Of a stretch of DNA of 64,000 nucleotides, positions 10,230-22,522 are shown piece after piece (within the stretch, counting starts at the first letter, position 1; each line of letters opens with the position of its first letter). Made by a program: the position numbers and the translations under genes. The stretch spans positions 1,178,001-1,242,000 of the forward strand of contig CBFFRQ010000018.1 in the NCBI GenBank assembly GCA_965644315.1, read 5' to 3'. Under the pieces are notes generated by a model. It did no database searches and had not been told where the DNA came from. It was given only the letters and a program-made list of their open reading frames with translations. This DNA comes from Caecitellus pseudoparvulus (taxonomy: Eukaryota > Protista > Bigyra: Bicosoecida).

Positions 10230-13200
10230 ATGGCAGGCGGCCGGAGGCATTGGGAGGCGGGACTGGCCCCAGCGCCTCCTCGCCTGGTGCGGCTGGCTTC
10301 AAGTGAGCTGCACTTTGCCGCCGCGAATGGCCGAGTGTCAGAAGTGGAGCGCTTGGTGGTGTCTGAAGGCTTCGATGTGAACAGTGTGGACCGGCAAGGT
10401 GAGGCTGCCCAGCGAGTGAAGCCAGTCCTGCGCCGTGGTCACGCGGTTTCCCCCACGACGCAGGCCGGACCATCTTGATGTTGTGCTTGGACCAGCAGAA
10501 AATGGTGGAGTTTGTTCTGCAGACTCTGCATGCTGACCCCGATGTTCGGGACCGCTCGGGGTCCACGGCGCTGCACTACGCAGGTGAGGTGCCGCGGCGT
10601 TTTCACCCAGCTGTGTGAGGCGGCAGCCCCCCTGCTCTCGGCTCGGCGCGCCAGCAAATGTCTCCGGACCAGCACCCCTCTGTGCGGCCTCTCGTATCTT
10701 TTTGCACAGCTAGGTCTGGCTTGACTCGAGCTGGCGAGATCCTGCTCAGCGGCGGCGCCACACCTTCGCTGGCAGCTCCAGCTGGCCCAAGCTCCGCCGC
10801 CGATGAGTACACACCGCTGCACTTTGCAGCTCAGGGGGGGCACGTCGGCTTCTTGCGCATGCTGATTGAGGCCGTGCCAGGACTGGAGGTTGACTGTGTC
10901 AGCCCCCATGGCTGGACAGCCCTGCACTGCGCGGCCTACGGCGGCCATGTGGCCGTGCTGAACTTGCTGGGCAAGCACGCCTCGTGCCCGCCCTTGCTGG
11001 CCCTGACCCTGCAGCCTCCTGGCAAGACGGCGCAGGAGCTGGCCGTGGCGCGGGGCAACGCGGACTGTGCGCAGTGGCTCGCCACCAAGGCGCGAGCGGC
11101 AGCGGCGGCGGCAGCAGAGGCGCGGTCCACCACGGACTCCCTGCTCAAGGCAGCCAAGCGCGGCGACCTGCCCACCTTGCAGCGCCTCATCCCGGCTCTG
11201 GGGGCGTCCGGGCAGCTGGGCGACTTGACCACCCGCACAGGCTGGAACCTCGTCATGCTGGCGGCCAAGTCGGGCAACGCGGAGGCAGTGGACTACCTCC
11301 TGCGCTCTGAAAAGCTGGGCGTGGACTTGACGGCCGCCAACAGCCGTGGGTGGAATGCGCTGCACATTGCAGCCAGCGGCGGCTCGCTGCCCGTCGTCAA
11401 GGCGCTGCTGGCGACGGGCCTGCCTGCCCAGGCCCCCACCAGCGCTGGGGCTACGTCTGCCGAGATCGCGCATGCTGCAGGGCACGAAGACCTGGCTGCG
11501 TACATCCACGCCGTGGCCATGAACGAACAGCGGGAGGAGCGCACAGCCAGTGCCTCCTTCGCCCCCTTGGCGCCCCAGGACGCGGCACAGCTGCAGGAGA
11601 GTGCGGCAGCAGATTCGTCCCCTGGCGGCGCAGCGGTTAGCTCGGGTGGGCGGGCCGCCACCAGCAGTGGCAGCGTGCGCAGCCGTCGCAGGACAGGCAA
11701 GAAGAAGGAGAAGCTGCTGTTCACGCTGGGAGGCACAGGGCCGGCTGGGCCTCTGGGCAAGGGCAAGGCTGAGGCCCACCCGTGGCTGGGTCGGCGGGGG
11801 ACAGTGGAGGTCGCCCCAGACAGGCGCAAGGGGCGCAAGGGGCGCAAGGGGCGCAAGGGGCGGTCTGGAGCAGGGGGGGCGGCAGGCAGCATGGTGGACA
11901 TGTCTGACGCCGGCCTGGATGCGGAGGGGGCACGGCAGAGCAGGCGGCGGCGCGCCGAGGCCAGGGCCATGTACGGCGCCCACGTCCTTCGCGAGAGCGC
12001 CGGGGGCCCGGACGCCGGCGCCGCCGCCCATGACGCAGGCGGTGCGAGGGTGTCCCCTGAAATGATGGACCTGCTGACGAAGCTGAGCTTGGGCTCCTTC
12101 GCCGGCGCCCTGGCGGCAGAGGGCTTTGATGACCTCCCAGCTCTCTCCTGTGTGCGGGAGGCTGACTTGGTGCCGCTGGGCATGCGCACGGGGCACAGGC
12201 GCCTACTGCTGCAGGCAGCGGGCGCCCTGTCGGTGTCCTTTGCGGGGCGAGGCGAGCGGCACTTGGCCACGACGTCCGCTGGCACGACGACGATCGGCAG
12301 CTCAGAGGGGCGGGGCGTGGACCTGGGCAGCAGCGGCACAGAGTTGCTGCCACCCCACCCTGACCGCAGCCAGTCCGTCAGCGGTGGCACGGTTGGCACG
12401 GGCGTGCGTGGGCCCTCGGACGGGGGTGGCTCCTCGCCCGGCCCCGCCCCTCGCTTGCTGCGGGCCATGACCGCCCCCCACCCAGGGGACAAGGCTGCCC
12501 AGGCGTTGACAGGCGACTTTGACCGGGTGGAGTGGGGCACAGGGAAGGCAGAGGCAGAGGAGGTCGGGACGCCTGTCAAGGGTGCCGCGGGGGACAAGGG
12601 TGAGGGCACCCCATCCACGCCAGCCGCCTCCACGGCAGTGCTGGCTGCAGAGGCAGCGGGGCGCCTGCCCCACCAGCTGGACCCCAAGGACTTCAACATG
12701 CAGGAGGTGGTGGGGGAGGGCAGCTTCGGCATCGTGCGGCGGGCCATGTGGCGGGGCATGGAGGTGGCGGTGAAGACCCTCAAGGTGGGCGTCGTGGTGG
12801 GGGACGGCGGCGTCATGGACTGCGACGCCTGCGAGGCGGGGGGGGATGGGCTGGAGGAGGAGGAGACCGGCACGCCCCTGACGCCCCAGAGCGCCAAGGA
12901 CAGCGTCCTGGCCGCGACGCTGTCTGAGCTGAGCCACGAGGCCCACCTCATGTCCCGCGTGTGCTCCCACGACCACATCGTGCAGTTCATCGGCGTGCTG
13001 TCCCGGCCCCGCCCCGCCGTCGTCACCAAGTTCATGGCGCTGGGGTCCCTGGAGGACATCCTGCTGCAAACCAGCCCCCGCAGCATGTGGAAGGAGCTGG
13101 GCCTGCCCCAGCTCGTGCGCTTGGCGGTGCAGGCGGCAGCCGGCGTGCTGCACCTGCACCACGAGGATGTCATCCACCGGGACATCGCCGCGCGGAACTG

Positions 13201-13705
13201 CCTGGTGGACCAGGGCTTGTGTGTGCGGGTGGCGGACTTCGGCTTCAGCCGCCTGCGGGACCGCAATGCGTCCAAGGGGTACACGCGGTCCACGACGGGG
13301 CCCATCAAGTGGATGGCGCCCGAGGCCATGCGCAAGCGCGCGTACAGCGTCAAGAGCGACGTCTTCTCCTTCGGCGTTCTGCTGTGGGAGATTTTCACCG
13401 GCACGCCGCCGTGGAAGGGAGAGGAAAACCTGGACGTCCTGTTCAGGGTGTGCGGCGGGGAGCGCCTGGATGTCGCCGCGCAGCCCGACCTGCCGCCCGA
13501 CCTCGTCAAGCTCATGCAGCAGTGCTGGGCGCAGGAGGCGGCGGACCGCCCTGACATGCAGGCGGTGCATGCGGCCCTGCTGCAGCTGCAGGACACCGTG
13601 GATGGGGGGCGTGTCCAGGCTGCGGCTTGCTCCTCGCCCAAGCCTGTTTTTGTAGATTCGTACGACCAGGTGCCGGCTGCGGCACCGCCAGCCCCGAAGC
13701 GCTGA
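10230..13705 (+). CDS. Ankyrin-repeat + SAM + tyrosine-kinase-like protein kinase
   Basis: Exons 10230-10398, 10464-10583 and 10710-13705 join in frame through GT-AG introns into ankyrin repeats (ELHFAAANG, GSTALHYA, YTPLHFAAQGG, GWTALHCAAYGG). SAM domain at ~12060-12220 (LLTKLSLGSFAGALAAEGFDD...GHRRLLL). Kinase motifs GEGSFG, VAVK, HRDIAARN, DFG, PIKWMAPE, SDVFSFG. Confidence 0.9.
11824..11862 (+). repeat. 9-bp tandem coding repeat encoding (RKG)x4
   Basis: cgcaagggg repeated four times inside the kinase CDS. Confidence 0.8.
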
Positions 13706-14053
13706 GTGGCAGGCACTGAGGGCGTGGTAGCGGCAGTGGAGCTGGAATACATTCAGAGGCTGCTGATCAAATTCAACACGTTCGCGGCATGCTCGATGGC
13801 TTCCTTGCAGGGGTGCCACCGCCAGTCCACGGCAGGACAGCAGAGAGGGCCTCTTCTGCCACCGAACCACCAACCCAGCCGGCACATCAAGCAGGCTGTG
13901 AAGCTGCTGCGTTCTGCCACCAGCCGCTCCAGGAAAGCAAAGTAGCATAGTCGGCAACGAGGACTTTGCTGCGGCTTGCTTCCGGCACTGGGCAGTGCAC
14001 TCTGCGTGAGCAAGCTTGCTTTGGACTTGGCTGGGAAACGCTCCTGCCGTGCA

Positions 14054-15615
14054 ATGTCAGGGAACGCCAGGAAAAAGAACGACGTACGAAGGCAAGCGCA
14101 CGGGGGACTTTCTTTTCAAAGATTCACGCATCTGAACTCCTCCGCAGAAACTCGCGTCTGCGTCGCAGCGCAGCGGGAAGCGCTTCAGCTCGCCGTACTA
14201 TGGTGTGAGCTGGCACCGATCCAGCCAGCGGTGGGCGGTGCAGATTCGCCATGGCGGGCGGCGCCTGCACGTAGGGTACTTCGTGGACGAAGTGGAGGCC
14301 GCCAAAGGCTTCGACGAGGTGCGTGCAGAGCCTCCGCAGGTGCCGCCCACGCCTCCCGCCAGCACGCCCCCAACTCTGTCCGCTGCAGGTTGCTCGCCAG
14401 CTGCGAGGCCCCGAAGCCCGCACGAACTTCAACACAGACGGCGTCTTGTGCGAGGAGGTAACGAAGTTGGTGTGTAGCTGGCCCTGTGTGGCGTGCCGTG
14501 CGTCCTCCCCCGCACTGCCCTCATCGCCCCCTGCCGCTCAGCTGCGCGGAGAGAGCGTGGACAAGTACCCCTCTGCTGCCTCCAAGTCACGCAAGCGCCG
14601 CAGAGCCGGCGCAGGGGACGGCCAGGGCGGATCCACAGGCAGCAGCAGCACTGCCTCTCTCCCCAAGTCGGCTGCCGCCGCCGCAGCAGCTGTGGATGCT
14701 GTCAAGCGCCGGCGTGGCCTGGCCACCAAGGCAGCCGCTGCTGCTGCCGCCGCCGCAGCAGCGGCAGCAGCGGCTGCATCGTCCTCCACCGCGCCTCGGG
14801 CATCTACGTCAGCCAACTCCAGCACCACGCAGGCGCCTGCCTCCCTCTCTGCGCTCACCATTCCTGCCTGGCCGGTGGGCATGAGCAACGGCGCGCCCCT
14901 GCACCTGACGGAGGGGGGCGGCACCGTCGAGACTCTGGGGCGCCTGCCGGCGGTGCTGGTGGCACAGGCCGCTCTGCAGCATGCCGATCGGTACGCCCGC
15001 GCCGACACGGCGGCAGGCGCCATCGCCAGCACGCTGGACGAGCTAGCTACTGCGACACTGCAGGCGAACGCGCCAGCCGCCGCGCCAGCCCCCAGCTCGG
15101 CAGCGGGCGAGCCCAGTGCGCCCAGTGACGCGCCGTCAGTGCCTGGTTCGCTGCGTGTATTCGTGGGGGGTGGTGTGGACAAGGATCCAGGGGACGGGGG
15201 GGACTGGCCCCCGCCCCAGCAGCGCGACAGGCACCTGCTGCACGGCATCACGCGCCCCCGCTCGCTGTCGGTGTCCAGCGTGGGGCAAGGGGGCAGCACC
15301 AACAGTGGGCCGCAAGAACACGCCGTCGCCTCCCAGCGCCAGCGCTCCAACAGTGCGGGACATGCTGCAGATGACGAGGCGCTGGGAAGCATTGCGCCGC
15401 CAGGGCTGGGAACGCCTGGGCTGCCCCTGCCTGGCGTGCGGGGGCCCCCTGCAGGCATGCCGTCCCGGCACCGCAAACCCATGGACCAGTTCTTCCTGCA
15501 GCAGCGCCTGGATGCATTTCGACGCAGCATTGAAGTGGCTGCCAGGCCGCCCAGCGCCACCCGGCGAGGGCCACCGCCTCCTTGGTTCGCCAAGCAGCCC
15601 GGCGCTGCCCAGTGA
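14054..15615 (+). CDS. AP2/ERF-domain transcription factor
   Basis: Exons 14054-14083, 14148-14318 and 14389 onward give SSPYYGVSWHRSSQRWAVQIRHGGRRLHVGYFVDEVEAAKGFDEVARQLRGPEARTNF, followed by an Ala/Ser/Pro-rich tail. A further in-frame intron is possible at ~14470-14541. Confidence 0.85.
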
Positions 15616-15658
15616 GCCACCCTCATGCTGTGGATGGGCTCCAAGTGTGAGTACGGAT

Positions 15659-17254
15659 TCACTGGATGCTGCTGTCTTTGCGCTGGGGCACGGCAGTGTA
15701 CTCCTCCCCCTGCTGCGGAGCTGTGAGGAGTGGGATTTCCCCCAGGGGCCACTTGAGTGCGGGCTCCTGCGTCACCCAGGTCATGGCGAGGCTGGCGAGG
15801 ATGGGGATGGCCAGCATGGCTGTCATGGCGATGTTGACGGGGAGGAAGTTGCCGTGCAGCTGGTCCTGCACTGCTTGGTCGATGAGGATGGAGAAGGGGA
15901 TGAAGATGGCGGTGCTGGTGTACAGGATGCCGGTGAGGCGCCCGACGGTGGCCATGCCGAACACCTTGGCGGTGTACGTGGACAGGTACGAGTAGAAGAG
16001 GGCGCGGTACATGGTGAAGAGCACCGCCGTGCCCACCTGCAGCCAGAGGTTGGGGATGCAGGTCAGGATGCCGTAGGCAAGGCCCAGGGCGAACGTGGTG
16101 TACCCTGACACCACCAGGCCCATGTTGTCCAGCAGCCAGGCAGCGACGGGGACGAAGACGACGCCAGCGGGGATGACCCACGCCACGGTGGTGGTGACGA
16201 CGTCCCCGTGCTGGGCATCACCCAGTGAAGCCAGGAAGTCGTTGGCCAGCCCCAGGAACAGGTTGGAGCGCCACATGCACACAATGCACATGGCAAAGGC
16301 AAAGCCAAACTCGACTGTGCACAGTTGCTGGCGGAAGGAGCGCGCAGACACGGGCACGGGCGTGCCGCCAGGGGACTTGTCCAGCAGCTGTGCCTCCAGG
16401 TCGCTGCCGCCCTCCTCCCCGCCGTCGGAGGGGGTGGGCGTGGGATCAGGGGAGCCCTTGCCGGCTTCTGCTTCCAGGGCAGCCCGTTCCACGCCCCACA
16501 GGACGATGGCTGCCCCGAACAGCACCACGCCCACGCCGGTGTACACCAGCATCATCACACGCAGGGAGACACCTGCATGGTACAGGGCCTGCATGACGGG
16601 GAAGACGACTGAGGAGGAGTCGAACAGGCAGCAATTGAGGCTGATGATGAGGGAGATGTACTGAGGGTACACGAACGCAGCCCTGAATGACGTCAACAGC
16701 GTCGCTGACCCTGCAAGGGGGGGGGCGGCGGAGCAACTCTGCACACAGGCCTCGCACAAGATCCACGCAGCGCGTCTCCCGCACCTGCGTATCCCAGCAG
16801 CGCAAAGCCGATGTTGTACATGAACGAGCGCTCCACAGAGGCAAGTGCAATAAGAATGCTGCCAGTGGCATGCAGCAGTCCTGCGATGAGCAGCTGGGGA
16901 GGGCAGCGCAGGGAAAGGTGGGTGAGCGGAGGCACGCACAATTTCCGCAGGCGACCCAGGCAACTGCCGACGCACCGACAGCTGGGGGCCTCCCAGGTCC
17001 AGCGTGACGCCGACAAACGTCGACCCCCCCGCGAGGACAGCACTGGCAACGCTGATGATCAAGTTGAACTTGGCTGCGTCGTACGTGGGGTCGCCGTCAG
17101 GGCCGGTTCCTCGAACGAAAAGCCCCTCTTTCTTCAGCATGAGCTCGAACGCTGCGAAGCCGTAAATCGCGCCTGAGCACAGCAGCACGCCCAGAAATGT
17201 CACTGCCACCAGAGCATCTCTGTGCAGGGTCCGAGGCCGGGACTCGGAGCCCAT
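15659..17254 (-). CDS. MFS transporter, SLC43/LAT3 (Fmp42)-like
   Basis: Multiple hydrophobic segments. Motifs LLCSGAIYGFAAFELMLKKEGLF, FNLIISVAS, ISLNCCLFDSSSVVF, FGMATVGRLTG. Introns interrupt the frame around 16700-16980. Confidence 0.8.
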   Translation of the reverse strand: MGSESRPRTLHRDALVAVTFLGVLLCSGAIYGFAAFELMLKKEGLFVRGTGPDGDPTYDAAKFNLIISVASAVLAGGSTFVGVTLDLGGPQLSVRRQLPGSPAEIVRASAHPPFPALPSPAAHRRTAACHWQHSYCTCLCGALVHVQHRLCAAGIRRCGRRAAWILCEACVQSCSAAPPLAGSATLLTSFRAAFVYPQYISLIISLNCCLFDSSSVVFPVMQALYHAGVSLRVMMLVYTGVGVVLFGAAIVLWGVERAALEAEAGKGSPDPTPTPSDGGEEGGSDLEAQLLDKSPGGTPVPVSARSFRQQLCTVEFGFAFAMCIVCMWRSNLFLGLANDFLASLGDAQHGDVVTTTVAWVIPAGVVFVPVAAWLLDNMGLVVSGYTTFALGLAYGILTCIPNLWLQVGTAVLFTMYRALFYSYLSTYTAKVFGMATVGRLTGILYTSTAIFIPFSILIDQAVQDQLHGNFLPVNIAMTAMLAIPILASLAMTWVTQEPALKWPLGEIPLLTAPQQGEEYTAVPQRKDSSIQ

Positions 17255-17706
17255 GGCTGCCGCTGGGTCAGTCTCTGGAGGAGGGCACTCTCGTCGCACC
17301 CTGGTGCGGCAGCACGCACTTGACGGACAACGCAGCCCACACGCTTTGGTCAAGCTCTCGGCGGCAGCAAAGGCTCAAACTGCAAGCATGCGGAAGGTGC
17401 TGTCAAGATGTCAGCGCTGAAGTGCGCTGGGCTGGTGTTTGACCTTTGCAGCTGTGCTGGGGAGGAGGCCAGTGTTGGCGCGTCTTGCCGCCGCAGCCGC
17501 AGGAACCAATCCAGCTTCGGAGGTCGGAGTGGCCACGTCAGCTGGAGCCCCGGCACAGGCACGGACGGCGCAGTCCGACAAATGCTGATAACACACACTT
17601 TCTGTTCTTGAAGAAGGTCTCATGGTCTCCTTGTCTGGTATCGTAGCGACGATTCTTTGCAACTCCGGCCGGCACCGTGCAAACCTTTCGACACCTGAGC
17701 TCAGCC

Positions 17707-19342
17707 ATGTCGGGGGTAAGCTTGAGGACATTCGACGGCACGCGGGCACTGTCGTCCCCCAGGAGCCTGCGGGCATGCAAACTATCAGGCATTCGGCCTG
17801 AGGAGCTGCTAAAAGTTCCCATCACCGAAGAGTAGGTGCCGCCGAGTCACCGCGGCTCGACCACGCAGCGCGCCTCGCACATGGGCGGAGGCAGGCACCG
17901 CAGCCCCGCATGTCGCGGCTTCACAGGGATGAGCGGAACTTCTGCAAGCAAGGGTACTCGGAAGTTGCCGCGCAGATGGTGGCCCTGCATGCGGAGGAGC
18001 GGAGAAACGGTGTGTGGGTTGCGTGTGCGGAAATCGCTGCTCGGCAGCTCACCCACCTTCGTGCGTCTTGGCAGAGAGCGTGGAAGAGGCTCGCCGCATG
18101 TATGAGGAACTACTGCGACAGGAAGAACAAGAGCGCACCCGGCTGGGGCTGACTGCGGGCTCCACGCTTTCTGTGCGCTCGCTCGGAGCTGCGGCACAGG
18201 AAAACATGCTGGCTTTTGAGCAGGCCCGCATGGCGCGCATCCGGGAGTCGCAGGAACGGGAAATGAAGCAGGTGCTGCAGCGGGAACTGGAGGCAGCAGA
18301 GCGCTTGGAGAAGGCCGCCGCCGACGCAGCTGCGGCAGCTGTGGCAGAGAAACAGGCGGCAAAGCAGCTGGCACTGAAACGAGCCAGCGAGGCGGAAGCC
18401 AGGCGGAAGGCAGTTACCGCAAGGCAGGCGGAGGAAGAGCGTGCAGCTGCTGCAGCTGCTGTGAGGCTGAAGGAGGAACTCGCCCGAGATCGAGAGCGCG
18501 AAGCAGCCGAGGCTGCGCGTGTCGAAGCGCGCAAACGCGAAGCACAAGCGGCTGAAGCTGTCCGGCGCGAGAAGGCCCGCGCCCGAGCCGCCGAATCGGC
18601 AGCCCGCCAAGAGGAGCTTGCAGCCCAGGCTGCTCTTCGAGCTGTCGAGCTACAGCGCCGGGAAGCTGAACGACAGCGGCGCAGAGCAGAGGCAGAGGAG
18701 CGGCGGCAGGCGGAGCGGGAGGCAGCTGCAGCCGCCCGCGCCAAGCGGCTGGCTCAAGTGCAGGAGCGGGAGGCAGCTGCGATGGCGGCGAAGCGCAGCG
18801 CGTTCTTCGAGCACCAAGCCTTGGTCAAGCAGCGCCAGGCGGAGAGCCTGGCAAAGGCGGAGGTGGAGCGCCAGAAAAAGGCCAAGGAGCGTGAGCGGGC
18901 GGCTGCTGAGCTGCAAGGCAAGCTGGAGGCGGCGCAGAGGGCGGAGGAGCAGCGCGTGCAGCGCCTCATCCAGAAAAATGCGGAAAAGGCGCGCCTGGCG
19001 GAGGAGTCCAAGGCAGTGGCGGCGGAATTCGACGAGCGCAAGGCAGTGCGGGAGACGCTCATGGCTGCTGACCGTGCGCTGAAGCTGCAGCGGCACGCTG
19101 CGCGGGAGGCAGCCCTGGCAGAGGAACGGCGAGCGCGCCTGCAGCGCAGTCAAGCCCGCGCAGAGGAAGTGCAGCGTGCAAAGGCTGCATTGGCCCGGCG
19201 GCGCGCTGAGAACGAGAAGCGCATGCTGGTGGAGAAGCACGCCCTGAAGGACAGCATGTTCCACATGCGGGTGTTTGGCAGCAGCGGCGGGGTGCAGGCG
19301 CTGCGCAAGCGCCTGCAGACGGCGGACTCCCAAGAGCCATGA
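17707..19342 (+). CDS. Long coiled-coil protein with N-terminal SPRSL..C...GI.PEEL motif (unknown function)
   Basis: MSGVSLRTFDGTRALSSPRSLRACKLSGIRPEELLK joins through two short GT-AG introns to the E/R/A/K-rich ORF 18014..19342. Confidence 0.65.
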
Positions 19343-19374
19343 GCCCGCAGCGGCCATGCGCGGAGGGAGGGGCG

Positions 19375-20727
19375 TCACTGGCCACTGGCTGCGGCGCCCT
19401 GTGCCGCGGAGGCTGCCTCTGCCGCCAGCGCTTCCTCGGTGGTCATCGGCACGAGGCCGGTGGGGGACAGGGCGCGTGGCAGGGGCTTGCCCGCCACCAC
19501 CTTGGCGAAGGTCTGGGAGACGATGAGGGGGAAGACGAGGGTGGCCTCCGCGTACACCTTGACGGGGCGGGCGCCCAGGCGGATCTTGCCCCAGGAGATG
19601 GCCTCGTCAGGCTTGGCCCCCGAGTCCGAGCCGTCGAACTCCTGGCCGGTGTTGATGAAGACGCTGAAGTCGGCGCCGTTGCGCATGAGGTTGGCGTTGC
19701 AGGTGTGGTGCTTCACCAGGCCGCCGCCCAGGATGATCATGCCGGACTTCTTGGCGCGCAGGGCGATGTCGTTGACAGCCCGGATGTCCCCTGCGATGTC
19801 CAGGATGAAGCCCTCCCGCTTGTAGGCGTGGAAGTAGATCATGTCCCCCACAGAGCCGTCGGTGAGGGCGGGGCAGAAGACGGGGATGTCGTTCTTGGCA
19901 GCCCAGTACCACACGCTGTCCTCGTTGTCGATTTCCAGGCCCAGGCGGCGGATGAACTTGCTGGGCGTCCACACCGTCCCATCCTGCTCCTGCTCATCGT
20001 GCATCTTGTGCAGGAGCGGCGCCAGCCAGTCCTCAAAGCCGCAGTAGGTGAGGTTGGGCACCAGCAGGTTCCCGATGCGGTTGTGGCCCTTCTTGCGCAG
20101 CTCCTCGCCCTTGAGGGCGAAGTCACCCATGTAGTGGGGCTTGATGCACTTCATGATGTCCTCCTCCACGCCGCCGCCCGTCGTGACGATGGCGTCCACC
20201 AGCTTGTGCTTGACAATGAACTTGATCACCTCACGCACGCCAGAGGAGATCATGTTGCTGGTGAAGGACAGCCAGATGGTGCACTTGACCTTTGCCCGCA
20301 CCTCGGGGTCCTTCAGCTCCTCATCCTCGTCAGGTTTCACGGGCTCGTGGCTCAGGCGCCACGTCAACTGCGCAGGGCGGAGGGGGGTGGGGCGTGCACT
20401 GCTGCTCGGGGATTGCGGAAATTGTGCCCTGCACACACCATGCGGTTGATCTCGTCGATGGCAAGCCCCACGTTGCTGGCCTGGAACCCAGTGTACAGGT
20501 ACTTGGCCATGAGATCGTCCAGCGAGGGGGAGGCGTCGAAATCAGGGCTGCATCGCAGGCAGCGAGCGGCAATGGGTGTGTGAGCAGGCTCAGCCTCGCG
20601 TGAAGGGAACACGCCAAGCACCGCACCCGTGCACTTCAGGAGTCCCCTCGGGGATTTCCTCGGACTTGACCAGCACCGCATCAGTGGCGAGGCCTGGAGT
20701 TGTGCCGCTTGTGGATTCAGAGGCCAT
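19375..20727 (-). CDS. DHPS: Deoxyhypusine synthase
   Basis: [72 protein letters not shown] (catalytic Lys). Two introns near the 5' end. Confidence 0.96.
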
Positions 20728-20945
20728 GGTGGTGGGTGGTGTCACGGGTTCCTGGGGCGTCAGGACTGGGTGCAGACGACGCTCTTGGTTGCCTGCCTGC
20801 GTCAAGGGGATGGGGGGGCTTTGGCGGCAAGTTGGGGCAGTAGAGTATTAGGAGGGATTCGATTTGGCAGCACCAGGCATGCTTTGTGCGCCCCTCGCCC
20901 CCGCCCCCTCTGCGTCCGCGGAGGGGAGTCCTGGGAACTGCCTGG

Positions 20946-22394
20946 CTACCCCCAAGTCACCCATGACAACAGGTTTGCCCACAGCGACAGCAGTGGCAGC
21001 CCCCACTCGTCCCGCAGGTCCTCACTGGCTGTGTTCCACACGACGAAGCTGGGCACGAGGAAGAGCCTCAGCCCGCCTCCGCCCCGGCGGTCAAGGCAGG
21101 TGTGGAAGAGGACGTGTTCACACTCCCCCACGCCGGCAGCGGGGGATGCAGGGCTGTACGAGCAGCGCGGGGAGGTGTCCAGGACAGCCCGGCGGTAGAA
21201 CGCCATGCCCCCAAAGCAAGACTGCACGGGCAGCCAAGGCCCCCCTGGCGCGAAGGCGCCCACGCTCCGGATGGCTTGCCCGATGTGCCCCTGCTGAGAC
21301 AGGAAGTGCTGCACGCCCCCCGGCCACGACGCCACTCCCCTGGACAGGTTCAGGGCCTCGCTGCGGAAGGCAAACCAGTCATAGTGCCGCCCCCGGCCGC
21401 CGGGCAGCACCCCATTGGCACACACTGCGTCCCAGGGGCGGTGGTGCTCGGCACCCGGCCACAGGGCATGCCGTGGGAGGGCCGGCGCCACATCCGGCCA
21501 CAGCGCGTACAGCCACCGGTGGGGGTCCCAACCCCGCAACATGTCACTGTCCACGACCGCCAGCGTGTCCCATGGGCCGAAAGAGGGGGACAGCACTGCA
21601 GCCAGAAGGGCGTCGCGTAGCCTGCCCAGCACTGCCGTGCGCCGTGACAGGCGGTGGGCCATGGCGGCGGAGCCGGGGTGCCCGGGTGTGGACGGCAGGT
21701 CCGCAGCTGACGGGGCGCCGCCACTGCCAGCCTCTGTGGCGGGCGGGGCAGGCACGAACACGACGCGGGGCGAGCCTGGACCGCGTGCCCAGGCTCGCAA
21801 CACGTCCCCGCTCCCGTCCAGCGAGCCGTTCTCCAGCACCGCCACAGTGCAGTTGGCGAAGGCGGCACAAGTGGCGCGCAGGGACGGCAGGAAGCCAGGC
21901 AGGGCGGCAGCGACGTCCCGAGCGAGCACCGCGACGGCCAGGTGCTCGGGAATGAGCGCAAGCTCTACGTCGTGTGCCCCGCTGCCGACGCCTGCCCAGT
22001 GCTCCGGGGCAAACTCCCGGAAGTAGGTGCCTCCCGGACGCCGGCGCAGGCTGCCCTCCAAGTCCCTGTCCACGATGGGGCCCTTGGGCGGCCCCACCAT
22101 CCAAGGCAGCACGGACAGTGGATGCGTTGCAATACCTCGCTCAGGGTGTGCCTGCATGCCCACGAGGGCGCCCCCCTCTGTGTTGTTCGCGGCGGCATGC
22201 GCCAACATGCCTGTTGCGGAAATTGTGGCGAGCAGGCTCAGCAGCGCTGCAGCGATGCACAGGGCAGTGGTCGGGCACAAGGAGCCTTTCACATGGTGGG
22301 CCGTGCTTGGTCGAACGGGAGCCGTCGCCCTTGAATCCTGACCCAGTGCAGTGGTCCCTCGGCGCTGCACTGGCCTGGCGTAGGGCCTTTGCAT
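20946..22394 (-). CDS. Type II membrane glycosyltransferase, CAP59/GT69-like
   Basis: N-terminal transmembrane segment (ALCIAAALLSLLATISATGML). Motifs ENGSLDGS, LGRLRDALL, VVDSD, DAVCANG, YDWFAFR, PVQSCFGGMAFY, CEHVLFH. Confidence 0.7.
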   Translation of the reverse strand: MQRPYARPVQRRGTTALGQDSRATAPVRPSTAHHVKGSLCPTTALCIAAALLSLLATISATGMLAHAAANNTEGGALVGMQAHPERGIATHPLSVLPWMVGPPKGPIVDRDLEGSLRRRPGGTYFREFAPEHWAGVGSGAHDVELALIPEHLAVAVLARDVAAALPGFLPSLRATCAAFANCTVAVLENGSLDGSGDVLRAWARGPGSPRVVFVPAPPATEAGSGGAPSAADLPSTPGHPGSAAMAHRLSRRTAVLGRLRDALLAAVLSPSFGPWDTLAVVDSDMLRGWDPHRWLYALWPDVAPALPRHALWPGAEHHRPWDAVCANGVLPGGRGRHYDWFAFRSEALNLSRGVASWPGGVQHFLSQQGHIGQAIRSVGAFAPGGPWLPVQSCFGGMAFYRRAVLDTSPRCSYSPASPAAGVGECEHVLFHTCLDRRGGGGLRLFLVPSFVVWNTASEDLRDEWGLPLLSLWANLLSWVTWG

Positions 22395-22522
22395 AGCTTG
22401 CTGGTGCTCAACAAAGACGCCTGCACATGCAGCGCAGACAAACAAGCGTGCATTATTACAGACATCAGAAAATGGAGACAGCGCAGCGACAATGCGGGGG
22501 AGCTGGGGCACGTGTGCCCCCC

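Noticed and set aside
10439-13957. Long minus-strand ORFs of 585, 819 and 551 aa
   Set aside because: Antisense shadows of the ANK-SAM-kinase gene.
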